Shown: positions 17,957 to 27,234 of the stretch, in pieces
Position numbering within the stretch: the stretch's first letter is position 1
How the letters are laid out: each line of letters starts with the position of its first letter
IMG/VR virus record: IMGVR_UViG_3300014877_000064
Coordinates: 1 to 63,094 of that record
Strand: one strand, 5' to 3'
Length of the DNA stretch: 63,094 nt
Source: a virus
Lineage: Duplodnaviria; Caudoviricetes
Translations under genes and position numbers: made by a program
Notes under the pieces: model-generated
Told to the model about the DNA's origin: nothing
The model's input: only the letters and a program-made list of their open reading frames with translations
Database searches by the model: none

Positions 17957-20410
17957 TTAAATAACGATTGTGTTGGTTTTCAATTCAGTTCCTCTGGAAT
18001 AATCGTAGAAAACCGGTACGATAAAGTATGTCAGGCCGCCACGTTCCCCATTGGTGAGGACGTCAAGGAATTCGAAGTAATTGGAGTTGGAAATGTTGTG
18101 TGTGGTTCCGACCACGCTACGAATACCAAGGCTTTCGAGCATGATAATGAAGTGGTCAATCTTGGCGATGCTTCCATCTACCTTCCACTGGATTAGGTTG
18201 GCATTGTCTCTTACCTGAACCAGTCTTCCGTTAGATAGACTTGGTAGCAGATTTGCCAGAGATATGTTGACTGTTTGAACGTCTGCAATCTGGCCTTGTT
18301 CAAAGGCTCCCTTGGCATGGTTCTTCTGCATGGTTCTGGCAGTAACGAGATTACCAGTCTGAAGAGTAATGGGTTGAAGCCACTTGAAGGGCTTGAAACT
18401 ATAGGCTACTCCCGTAGAGGAAACTGCATTCCTTGTCAGTGTTGAAAACAGCGTCTCAGGATTTCTGAAGTACGTTGTAATCGTGTACTTGTATTCCGAC
18501 CCGGCATCTAGAGGTTTGACGTTCTTGGACAGACCAAACTTCCTATCTGAGAAGTCGGTGCTGTCTACGATACCAAAGTTCTCAATCTCACCAGTCGTAA
18601 GGTTAGTTCTGGAAACTCCATAGGCAAACAGTCTCGTAAGCTGGTCTCTGCTGGCCGTAATTTGGTCCTGGAATTCAGCCAGGAATCCTTGGTCACTTAG
18701 GAACTTCTTTACCAGGTCGGCATTCTGGTTTAGGATATTGAAGGTAACGGCAAAGGTTACATCCAGGGCATCGTCATTTTGGACAATCTGTGGGTCACTG
18801 ATAGTTGTGGTCGCCACGTTACTCACCACAGGTGTGTAGTTCACAATCAGGTTGTTGGAAGCCCTAGTTTCAGTACCATCCTTGTACAGGAAGGCAACTT
18901 GGTATTCGTATATTCTGTTTGGCTTGACGCCGGTGTCATCAATGAAAATTGGGGCATTCGAATTGCTGTCCAGAAGGGTAACGTCATTACCAACGATATC
19001 AAAGGCTTTCTGCTTAATACTCAGATCTCTTCGGAAGAGCTTCATGGCAACAGCCGTTGAGGGGTAGTCCTTTATGTCGATGGAAAGGGCGCTCTCCTTT
19101 ACGGTGTAATCCAGAGAACAGAAACTCTGTCTGAGTTTATAGTTCGAACGCTTGGCGGCCATCTTCCTTTGGAACTGAGCAACCACGGTTGCAAAGATGG
19201 TTGAGGGAGTGCTCTCATCCGTATAGGGAATAAACCTGTAAATGATGGGGTTGATGGTTGCAACGAGGTCTTCCACTTTTTGACTTGGTTGACCCTTGGA
19301 AATCTCAATTTTGCCCACAAAAGTGTAGGAGGCATCGATGACAGGAAGGTTGGGTTTGATTTCTCGACGATAGATTAGCACACCTTTGGCATTGGCATCC
19401 TGTTGGGCTACCTCGAATACAACTTTACCGGGCCTACTGATTGGAAACGTCTTTACCTTAGGTGGTTTCGTTGGCATCAGGAGAAGCTGAAGGTTTCGAG
19501 CATGTTTTACCAGACTAGAAAACGTCTGAAGTTCAAAGTTCTTGTTATTGGTCACCTGGAAAATGAGATAGAATTCCGAGTCATTTAGGGCGGCCATTGG
19601 AATATCGATTACCTCCTCGATTTCAATTAGACGTTGTTCTCTCTGTTCAGAGACATTCATGAACTCATTCTGACCCAACTCAATCTGAGAGGTGACACTG
19701 TTCTTCGTTAGGAGAGAAGAAACTAGGTTACGTCCCATGGCACTGTTTCTGATGGAAGCTTTTTCTGTGTAGTTTTTGGCTGGCTTTGTTCCAGCCAGGG
19801 CTTTCTGGGCCGACACAAAGGTATTAGACTTCTCTATCGTGAAACTAGCAGGATCCTTTCCACCCACAAACAACAGGGAGTTAGCCTGCTTCTTCAATTC
19901 CTGATTACCAGATTGATTGTTGTTCTCCACGTTTGTACGATTGACATTGAGGTCAAATACAGGCAAATTCAGGTTTAGGTCGTTCAACTCAGAGACGGGC
20001 TTTGCAGTCAGGAGCTTGTGAAGCCTGATTGGAAGGTTCTGTCCAAATCTACTGAGTGCAAGTCTTTGGGTTGTGTTGTTTGGGATACGAGAAGAAATAT
20101 CGCTTCTCAGAGTCAGGATATAGTCACTCCTGGAGGTTCTTAGAATGTCCTTCTGAAGGCTCACCTTCCTGAGAACGTTCTGGATAATGATAGCAGGGTT
20201 GGCGATATTGAAGACAGGCTGGAGCTTTTTGATGTAGGCATTCTGAGATACATGAATCTGTACTATGAGACTCTGATTTTGAACAGCCAGGGCAGGGTCT
20301 GCCAGGTAACGTACCTTGTATCGAAACCTGTTGTTGACAACAGCCTCCAAGGTCGCAAAGTTTTCTGGTATCTGAATAATACCAGTCTGTTTTTTGATGA
20401 TTGCTTTCAT
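17957..20410 (-). CDS. Hypothetical virion protein with FN3/Ig-like repeats
   Basis: Recurring IYRRE / LFRRD and FIDDTGVKPNRIYEYQV patterns; ATGA overlap with the upstream stop supports start 20410. Confidence 0.55.
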   Translation of the reverse strand: MKAIIKKQTGIIQIPENFATLEAVVNNRFRYKVRYLADPALAVQNQSLIVQIHVSQNAYIKKLQPVFNIANPAIIIQNVLRKVSLQKDILRTSRSDYILTLRSDISSRIPNNTTQRLALSRFGQNLPIRLHKLLTAKPVSELNDLNLNLPVFDLNVNRTNVENNNQSGNQELKKQANSLLFVGGKDPASFTIEKSNTFVSAQKALAGTKPAKNYTEKASIRNSAMGRNLVSSLLTKNSVTSQIELGQNEFMNVSEQREQRLIEIEEVIDIPMAALNDSEFYLIFQVTNNKNFELQTFSSLVKHARNLQLLLMPTKPPKVKTFPISRPGKVVFEVAQQDANAKGVLIYRREIKPNLPVIDASYTFVGKIEISKGQPSQKVEDLVATINPIIYRFIPYTDESTPSTIFATVVAQFQRKMAAKRSNYKLRQSFCSLDYTVKESALSIDIKDYPSTAVAMKLFRRDLSIKQKAFDIVGNDVTLLDSNSNAPIFIDDTGVKPNRIYEYQVAFLYKDGTETRASNNLIVNYTPVVSNVATTTISDPQIVQNDDALDVTFAVTFNILNQNADLVKKFLSDQGFLAEFQDQITASRDQLTRLFAYGVSRTNLTTGEIENFGIVDSTDFSDRKFGLSKNVKPLDAGSEYKYTITTYFRNPETLFSTLTRNAVSSTGVAYSFKPFKWLQPITLQTGNLVTARTMQKNHAKGAFEQGQIADVQTVNISLANLLPSLSNGRLVQVRDNANLIQWKVDGSIAKIDHFIIMLESLGIRSVVGTTHNISNSNYFEFLDVLTNGERGGLTYFIVPVFYDYSRGTELKTNTIVI

Positions 20411-21363
20411 TCCCAAATAATCATGAACATGTTGATGAAGGTCGTAACACCGAAGCCGTCTGTAAATACTTTTCCGACGAAAAAGACGTGACGTGAAATG
20501 CCATCCTGGTCAGGAGGGAACTTACCAAAGTCGATGACATCTAGTTTGGTCATTTCTCCATTGGATAGCTCGAAGAACTGACATAGGAGGTTGTTTGCCT
20601 TGGAAGTCTCAGTGAAGTAGAGTTTCTGTTCGAAGCCGGTCTCACTGGCTCGCAGGGCTTCTTCCTGAATATCTCCGTAGGTCAACAGGGGAGCCTGATT
20701 GAGGTTTACGTAGAATCCCAGTGCTTGGGATTCGGACTCTCCAGGTCTTGGTTTGTTGACAGGAGGAAGAAACTGGAAGTTTGGAACGTGGCTTAGACGT
20801 TGGTCATAGAATAGACTCTCGGCATGGTCAATGTCAATCCTCTGAATGTCTGTACTTGGGATTGGTTTGTTTTCGGTGATGGTAAAGTTGACCTGGGCAG
20901 GTCCGGTGATGAACTGATCATATCTCTGATCCAGGGGATCGGGACTGCTCAGGATGTAAAGCTTCTGGAAGTTGTCGATAGAGGAGTTCAGGAGTTTCTC
21001 AGAAAGAGAGGCGAACTGTGAACCAGAAACCGAGACCCTTTCTTCTCTCGTTGACCCAGAGAAAATCTGGCCAGAGGCCACCTGAAAGGAGGTACTTCCT
21101 GAGATGAAATTTCCGATGAGTTTACCAGAGTCATCCGCTTCGAAAACAACTCTATCCTGTGGCAAATTCCCGGCTTCAAAGCAAAGCCGATAGGTAAAGT
21201 CCAGTCCTCCTGAGATAAGAGTGTCCAGACTGTAAATGGACCCCATATCACTGAAGGAAACGTACTCTGCCTTTAGTTTCCCCGTAGAAATCTGGGCTCT
21301 ACCCTCCTGGGTGATAATGGTGTCGAAAATTCTGTCTTTCCGAGGTCCGATGATTCCAGCCAT
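20407..21363 (-). CDS. Virion structural protein, N-terminal paralog of 11295..12008
   Basis: DTIITQEGRAQISTGKLKAEYVSFSD aligns with DSVLTDTGRQFLAR...VKFAFGD; first gene after a TACTTA motif. Confidence 0.6.
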   Translation of the reverse strand: MAGIIGPRKDRIFDTIITQEGRAQISTGKLKAEYVSFSDMGSIYSLDTLISGGLDFTYRLCFEAGNLPQDRVVFEADDSGKLIGNFISGSTSFQVASGQIFSGSTREERVSVSGSQFASLSEKLLNSSIDNFQKLYILSSPDPLDQRYDQFITGPAQVNFTITENKPIPSTDIQRIDIDHAESLFYDQRLSHVPNFQFLPPVNKPRPGESESQALGFYVNLNQAPLLTYGDIQEEALRASETGFEQKLYFTETSKANNLLCQFFELSNGEMTKLDVIDFGKFPPDQDGISRHVFFVGKVFTDGFGVTTFINMFMIIWE

Positions 21364-21368
21364 GCTTC

Positions 21369-21374
21369 TAAGTA
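21369..21374 (-). promoter_or_regulatory. Putative late promoter TACTTA heading the 21363->7777 structural operon
   Basis: ATACTTAGAAG, nearly identical to ATATTTAGAAG at 272-282; 5 nt from ATG. Confidence 0.6.
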
Positions 21375-21437
21375 TGCTCCCCTGTAAAGTCTTAGTTTTA
21401 CGCGTAAATTCAAGGTTGTTTTTGGGTAAATATTAGG

Positions 21438-21466
21438 TTGATAAACCCCATAGGGCATGCTATTAT
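21438..21466 (+). promoter_or_regulatory. Host sigma70-type promoter with extended -10
   Basis: TTGATA (21438-43), 17-nt spacer, TGc-TATTAT (21458-66); AT-rich upstream region; AAGGAG SD at 21498-21503. Confidence 0.75.
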
Positions 21467-21512
21467 GGAGATATACCGGGTTTACGAAAGAACCCTCAAG
21501 GAGATGATGAAA

Positions 21513-21857
21513 ATGCGTTCAGTGTGTTGTTTGGTGCTGGTTTTGGTGTCGGTTGGGTGTTCGGCGGCTGTCGTGCCTCCGGAGGCGACCGATGTTTGCG
21601 GCGAGCCCGAGACTTCGTGGCAGGCCTCGTGCTCGGCAACGTGTGCCGACTCCTGTGACATTCTCACCTGGGCCGTTTCGCCGGGCATGACCCTCTCTTG
21701 TGAGGATGCCTGTGTGGAAGCCGTGGTGACTGCCTCGGAAGAGGACTGCCAGTGTGAGCTTGCCGATATGGTGGCCTGTCATGGCACGGAGGGCTCCTGT
21801 GAGACCTGTGACGTGGAGCGCCAGGCCTGGAAGGACTGCATGTTCGCCCGGCCCTGA
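21513..21857 (+). CDS. Cys-rich lipoprotein (moron)
   Basis: MRSVCCLVLVLVSVG-C lipoprotein signal; 12 further Cys; ~63-67% GC in sampled lines vs ~45% in a sampled neighbouring coding line; own promoter, SD and terminator. Confidence 0.8.
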   Translation: MRSVCCLVLVLVSVGCSAAVVPPEATDVCGEPETSWQASCSATCADSCDILTWAVSPGMTLSCEDACVEAVVTASEEDCQCELADMVACHGTEGSCETCDVERQAWKDCMFARP

Positions 21858-21880
21858 GAACAAATCCTAAAAGGAACTAG

Positions 21881-21909
21881 AGGGAGAGACTTAAAGGTCT
21901 CTCCCTTTT
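21881..21909. terminator. Intrinsic terminator between convergent genes
   Basis: AGGGAGAGAC-ttaaag-GTCTCTCCCT perfect 10-bp stem followed by TTT. Confidence 0.8.
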
Positions 21910-21913
21910 GCAT

Positions 21914-23158
21914 TTAATCGATAGGGTCGATATCGAAGAATGGCTGACCTGAACGGTACTCAACATCCCACTGACCACTGTCCCGGGGGTTATAACTTGG
22001 AATCGAGGCCGTGGTGGTGTCGACACCTCGGGCGATGTAATCAAGAGACTGAGAATTGACAAGAGTTCCGGAAACGAATAGAATAAAAACAGGACTCCTC
22101 AATACTTGGTTCTTCTCAGAAGTGTAAAACTTGGTGTAAAGCCTCTGTTCAAGCATATCCCGGGCCTGACCAAAGTGGTTGGTACGGAAAACACATCTAG
22201 TTGGAGATGGGTTGGCATGGTATAAACCATACTTGTATCCTCTCAGCAGAGGACCAAAAATAGCCAAGTCAAGTACGGAACCTGTCGAAAGAATCGTTAC
22301 ATAGTCACGGTATTTCGGAATTTGTTCCAAACCTGAGTAAGCCACACTGGAAGTGGGGTTCGTTAGGCCATCGCCGAATCCAAAGAAAATCAAGTTACGA
22401 TTTTTGATAGAGATACGAGTGCGTTCATCTCTCTTAATAGCGGCATTGGCACCATTTGCCAAACCAACACTAGCCGTTGGGTTAAGTGAAAAATCTAAAA
22501 CCCTCAGAGTGTCTGATGGCCCGCCTCGGAACACAATACTCACCAGCTCATTAGAACTGGTTGCAACTGGAGCAATGGAAGTACCATCCTCATCCTTGGT
22601 TATATCATAAGTCTTGCTTTCAAAGTAAGAAGACTGAAGGGCCCTCTTGACTGACCTATACCTGCCTTCAAATGGAAAGGCCTTGTTCCACCTTTTGTTC
22701 TTAAGGCTGCTGGCTGCCCAAAAGTTGCTTCCCATCTGAAGAAGAAAGCCGCCTGCTCCTAACCGTTGACCTGGACCAACGTATTCTGGGATTCCATGCT
22801 CTGGTACACCTCTCATTGAGGAAGTAACCAACTGCGGATCATTGGCATCTCGAAGATAGGTGTCTACGATATTTGGACCGAAGGAATCGAAGACAAATTC
22901 ATCCTGGGTTGCGAGGGTAAGGTGTCTGGCTATTCCAGTGTTATAACTGCCTGAGTAATAGTTCAGATAGTCCGTGTACAGCCAGGTTCTTTTGGCAAAA
23001 TGATCATTCAAGCCAAGAACCTTGGAGCCAACGGCCTCCCTAACTCCATTTGCTGAAACAGGAGCAGAAACAAACATCGTACCTACTACCAAATCATCGG
23101 TATAGGCCCCACTGTAAGACATTCTTGACTCTAGTTCAAATTGGTCAAATGTAGCCAT
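21914..23158 (-). CDS. Hypothetical virion structural protein (414 aa)
   Basis: Last gene of the baseplate operon; S/T/G-rich. Confidence 0.55.
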   Translation of the reverse strand: MATFDQFELESRMSYSGAYTDDLVVGTMFVSAPVSANGVREAVGSKVLGLNDHFAKRTWLYTDYLNYYSGSYNTGIARHLTLATQDEFVFDSFGPNIVDTYLRDANDPQLVTSSMRGVPEHGIPEYVGPGQRLGAGGFLLQMGSNFWAASSLKNKRWNKAFPFEGRYRSVKRALQSSYFESKTYDITKDEDGTSIAPVATSSNELVSIVFRGGPSDTLRVLDFSLNPTASVGLANGANAAIKRDERTRISIKNRNLIFFGFGDGLTNPTSSVAYSGLEQIPKYRDYVTILSTGSVLDLAIFGPLLRGYKYGLYHANPSPTRCVFRTNHFGQARDMLEQRLYTKFYTSEKNQVLRSPVFILFVSGTLVNSQSLDYIARGVDTTTASIPSYNPRDSGQWDVEYRSGQPFFDIDPID

Positions 23159-24910
23159 TTATTCTATGACCTCGTGGACTGAATTTGAAGACAGAAGCTG
23201 ATTCAGGGTTTCATTGTGCTCCCTGTCTTCTCTTACATAGGAACCGTAAAGAACAAGCTTGAAGCTACCTGTGTGAAACATCAAGGTTGACTCTGATTGG
23301 TTTGGGATAATAAGCTGGCCAGGATTACTGGAAATGGGAAGGTGCCATCCAATAATCAGTTTATCACTTGGGAAAAGCAGATAGGGATTAATTCTGCGCT
23401 TCTTTGTGGGAACAATTATTGTTGTTGACCCAATTGACCTGGTTTTTGATACTTCTGAATTGAAGAAATCATTGACCAAACCACGACTAGACTTTGAAAG
23501 AAGTCCAAGGCCTGTTCTATAGCCGTCAAAACCGATAGAGAAACTATCGAAGTCACTAACGCTAAAAAACTTGGGGATAATATCAGTGATCGGATTTGGA
23601 GTATAACTTGGTGTAACAGCGCTCATTGAAAGAATTAGTCGACGGGTCCAGTTAGCTCCGCTTATTCCTGATGTGGTTCCCTGTAAAATCGTATCATTTG
23701 AGTCGAACACATATTCTTTATCCACCGAGGAACTTACTCCAGTGTCCACAATGGATTTGGTAAAAGCACCAGAAGCAAAGGAGTAAACATGACCAAAACC
23801 AATCAAATCCCTAAGGGTATCAACCCTTGTAGGATCCGCAGCAGTAGACAGAACAATGTTTGTTGGAATGGAAGCGGTCAAGCTGTTGCCACCGTCGAAG
23901 GCTGGTTCTCCGTTGTTGGGGATACTCTTAGTGTAGTTGTAATTCTGATTTGACCTTTGATTTAGAACGAAATATGTATTTGTTGAGGACGTGATCGTCT
24001 GTCTGGAGCCAATATTATAGGCCGACACACTCACCCCTCCAATGGCCCAAGTTGCCGAGACTTCCAACACAATTTTCTCAAGCATGAATGGCTCTGTAAT
24101 ATAGGCTGCCATTGACAAGAGCTGTGAGGAAGTTGCATGATATCTTGGGGCGTAGGGAAAACCAAAGTCTCCAATGGCATATCCTATGCTCTTAAGGTCT
24201 GCAAAGAAGTTTGGGCTTGGGAACAAGGAGGGCGAAAATCCCATCAAAAATTTGTCGAGAACTTCATTGCTGGCAGTTGAGTTGTTGACACACCTTCCAA
24301 GACCTATTGGCTCCCAGTAATTGGAGACGAAGTTATAGTAGGCAATTGGATAGGAAACATCATTGGTACCAAGAGCTGCGGAAGTGAGAGTTAGGGTCGA
24401 AGGTCGTGCCACATCAAGTTTGATTTCAATTGCCTGTTTGCTCCAAAGAGGAGTGGTATAACCCTCACCAACATCTGACACGTGACTTCCTGTAACGAAG
24501 AACGTGGAGTTGGTTGTCTTGCCATCAGAAGCAAACTGGGAGTTGTCTCTAAAGGGAGTTAGGGCCACGCCAGAAACAAAGCTGATAAAGGGTAGGTCAT
24601 CTACAATGGCAGGCTTAACAGACCCGGTAGTTTGAATGGTGCCAGAGGCCAGCAAAACATGTACATCAGAAGCCCCAGAAACACCAAGCCAAATACTGCC
24701 GCTGGGCAAACCAACTCCGGGAAGGTACGTATTGCTCACCCCGAAATCTATGGTGTAGATATCGTTGTAACGAATGGGGTAGTTGCCTGTTCTGCCATCG
24801 TTTGAAAAACGAACAGTTGTCGGAATAGATCCCGTGGCGTCTTCTCTCTGTTGGAGCTGAACCCTGCCTGGAAGCATCCGCAGCCTTGAGGATTTTTCTT
24901 GACGTGACAT
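23159..24910 (-). CDS. Hypothetical virion structural protein (583 aa)
   Basis: Operon context; many [S/T]GS motifs; beta-rich composition. Confidence 0.55.
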   Translation of the reverse strand: MSRQEKSSRLRMLPGRVQLQQREDATGSIPTTVRFSNDGRTGNYPIRYNDIYTIDFGVSNTYLPGVGLPSGSIWLGVSGASDVHVLLASGTIQTTGSVKPAIVDDLPFISFVSGVALTPFRDNSQFASDGKTTNSTFFVTGSHVSDVGEGYTTPLWSKQAIEIKLDVARPSTLTLTSAALGTNDVSYPIAYYNFVSNYWEPIGLGRCVNNSTASNEVLDKFLMGFSPSLFPSPNFFADLKSIGYAIGDFGFPYAPRYHATSSQLLSMAAYITEPFMLEKIVLEVSATWAIGGVSVSAYNIGSRQTITSSTNTYFVLNQRSNQNYNYTKSIPNNGEPAFDGGNSLTASIPTNIVLSTAADPTRVDTLRDLIGFGHVYSFASGAFTKSIVDTGVSSSVDKEYVFDSNDTILQGTTSGISGANWTRRLILSMSAVTPSYTPNPITDIIPKFFSVSDFDSFSIGFDGYRTGLGLLSKSSRGLVNDFFNSEVSKTRSIGSTTIIVPTKKRRINPYLLFPSDKLIIGWHLPISSNPGQLIIPNQSESTLMFHTGSFKLVLYGSYVREDREHNETLNQLLSSNSVHEVIE

Positions 24911-24913
24911 TCC

Positions 24914-25813
24914 TTAGGATCCTCTTACCAGACCGGCGTAGGCAAAACTGTCCGTGCCATAAATGGCCTGGGTGGGGCCATAAATGTCTCCACGGCCAGC
25001 GGTTGCACTCTTTTGAGTGTATGTCTCTCTAATGTCTTCATCCAACTCGATGTGTAGTTGCTTAAGATTGCTCAAGAAAGTAGAACTGTCTCCGCCGGCT
25101 CCAACATCAACCTGCTTGACAATCTCTTCATCCTGAGTATCATCAAACGGTTTACCAAGCCTGACTATCATGGGGACGAAGCCCTCACGAATAATGGAGT
25201 CTTCCAGGTCTCCATTTCCGATGTATTCTTGACCACCATCCAGGAAATATCTTGGAGTCAAGGGGGCGGCGTACTCTATGAATTGCAAAATTCTGTTATT
25301 TGAGGCCGGTACGGTGTCAAAGTCATTGCCGTCTTCGAGATTACCCTTGGGCCTGTGGACAGGAAAGGCGCCTTCTTCCGGAGATTTTCTGAAAGGAATG
25401 GTTAGGGGTTCAATGATGGCTTCTTCCTCACTTTGAGGACCGTCATTGAAGTAGATCGGCATTGGATATCCAAAGGGATCCTCAATGTATCTTGTGGCAT
25501 TAAACTCATCCAGCCTGTCGTCGTGGGCGAGAACGTTTGTATACTCAACCCAAGATCTTGCCTGGCCAATGGTTTCGATACGGGTGGCATGTTCTAGATT
25601 ACCAGCCCAAAACTTAGGTTGAGTGCTTTCATAGAGGTACCTAGCCGAAGTAATCTCAACGCCCTGACGAAATCTGTCAAAAGGCGTTGTATCATACCCT
25701 GAGCCAGACTGTTCTGAAATTGCGGCCACCACATAGAGACGCTCTTCCTGAGAGTCATCATATGGAAAGAACTCAGTTCCAGTTAATCCTTCAAACTCGT
25801 TGTAATTTGGCAT
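24914..25813 (-). CDS. Hypothetical acidic virion protein (299 aa)
   Basis: Operon context, TAATG coupling to the upstream gene. Confidence 0.55.
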   Translation of the reverse strand: MPNYNEFEGLTGTEFFPYDDSQEERLYVVAAISEQSGSGYDTTPFDRFRQGVEITSARYLYESTQPKFWAGNLEHATRIETIGQARSWVEYTNVLAHDDRLDEFNATRYIEDPFGYPMPIYFNDGPQSEEEAIIEPLTIPFRKSPEEGAFPVHRPKGNLEDGNDFDTVPASNNRILQFIEYAAPLTPRYFLDGGQEYIGNGDLEDSIIREGFVPMIVRLGKPFDDTQDEEIVKQVDVGAGGDSSTFLSNLKQLHIELDEDIRETYTQKSATAGRGDIYGPTQAIYGTDSFAYAGLVRGS

Positions 25814-27234
25814 TAGCCTCCAGCGAACACAACCACCACACCTGTAGCCCCACTAGGAGGTGTTCCTACAGAATATACATAGTTTGAACCTGAAAATCCA
25901 CGATAAACTGTAGAGGAGGTCACAATGGTTGTTATGGTACCGCTGATGAAGGCTGATCTAGGAAGAGAAATAAGGTAGGAACCACTAAACCAGTTATTGC
26001 TTCCTGTTACAAAGGCATTATCATGTCTGATCACTCCATCATAGTGAGAAATATGGGCTCCCGAGACTTCAACACCACTCCAAGGGACCACATAGGAACC
26101 GATGGCGATATAATCCCTTGCTCCGGAGGAGGCAACAGAAATGGTGGTGCCATTTGCCATGTTTCTCTCCAAGCCTCCCAAAGTTCCGGGGGCAAAAATT
26201 GAATGTGAGGCTCCCTTTACACCATAATAGGCAGGATCTGCTGTTGTTTGTTGAAGAGCATCCGGCGTGTCGTCTGGTCTATGATAGATTATTCTGAAGA
26301 GTTCAACTTTTCCATCATAAAAGGATCTATTAACTCCTCTATTTGGATTTTCCCAGGTACCTGGGATGAGTAAGTTGAGTTCGGTAGTTAGACCAGAACT
26401 CCAAGACGTTAAGTCGATGAGGTTGTAGTGATTTCCAAACTCTGGAATATCAACCAAGCCATTCATTGAAGCATTGGGTGCAGAGTAAAAGGTGGTAGTA
26501 TCCTGGGCGGTGCCGGCATCAAATGCATCCAAGTTTGCTACCGTAGAAGTCGCAGCCCTGTAAATGGCAAATGGATCCGGATCCCTGGGGTCATAAGACC
26601 CAGACTGCATGGCGTCAAAACTGAAACATCCTTGAATGCGGCGATAAGTGCTACCTGTGGTATGCACGCTGGATGTTGGGTAACAGAGAGCATGGAAGGA
26701 ATAGGGATCAGTATTTTCTGCAACTATGTGCATGTAACATGTAGGCAAATCGGCAAACGCACTGGACTCCTCCCAAAAAATAGCATTTAACGTGGTTTCG
26801 TTTGTAGTAGTTGAGTTAATAAGAAGTTCGTTCTTGTTTCTTGCCACGCCGCCGCTCCAGTTTCCAAAGGTTGACCTATCAATTAGAACATTTGGTCGAA
26901 CACCTCCAGGATTATTAACAAGAGAACTGGTTTGATAACCATCCATGGCATATTTCATTCGTACGGTGGTTCCACCGCCAGAACAGCTAACGAAAAAGGA
27001 AGCATGACGACTTGGATGCTTGATAACTGCCCAACCATCAATGCTCCCTGTGTGAACATCCCCCAGGGAGGCACTGCCAGGGCGCCAAGAAAGAGGGACG
27101 GTCCACCCAGCGGTCTTCAGTAAGGATTTCCATCTCCACAAAACAGCAGCGTTGGTTGCAACGGCTGACCCAGATAGGTTTGCTGTGGTGCCGGTAAAGA
27201 AGCCCGTATCAGTTGATGTTGTAATCCAGGCCAT
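25813..27234 (-). CDS. Putative tail appendage/receptor-binding protein, paralog type alpha (copy 2)
   Basis: KSLLKTAGW; GSYDPRDPDP; RGVNRS.YDG..ELF; shared with 28376..29782. Confidence 0.6.
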   Translation of the reverse strand: MAWITTSTDTGFFTGTTANLSGSAVATNAAVLWRWKSLLKTAGWTVPLSWRPGSASLGDVHTGSIDGWAVIKHPSRHASFFVSCSGGGTTVRMKYAMDGYQTSSLVNNPGGVRPNVLIDRSTFGNWSGGVARNKNELLINSTTTNETTLNAIFWEESSAFADLPTCYMHIVAENTDPYSFHALCYPTSSVHTTGSTYRRIQGCFSFDAMQSGSYDPRDPDPFAIYRAATSTVANLDAFDAGTAQDTTTFYSAPNASMNGLVDIPEFGNHYNLIDLTSWSSGLTTELNLLIPGTWENPNRGVNRSFYDGKVELFRIIYHRPDDTPDALQQTTADPAYYGVKGASHSIFAPGTLGGLERNMANGTTISVASSGARDYIAIGSYVVPWSGVEVSGAHISHYDGVIRHDNAFVTGSNNWFSGSYLISLPRSAFISGTITTIVTSSTVYRGFSGSNYVYSVGTPPSGATGVVVVFAGG

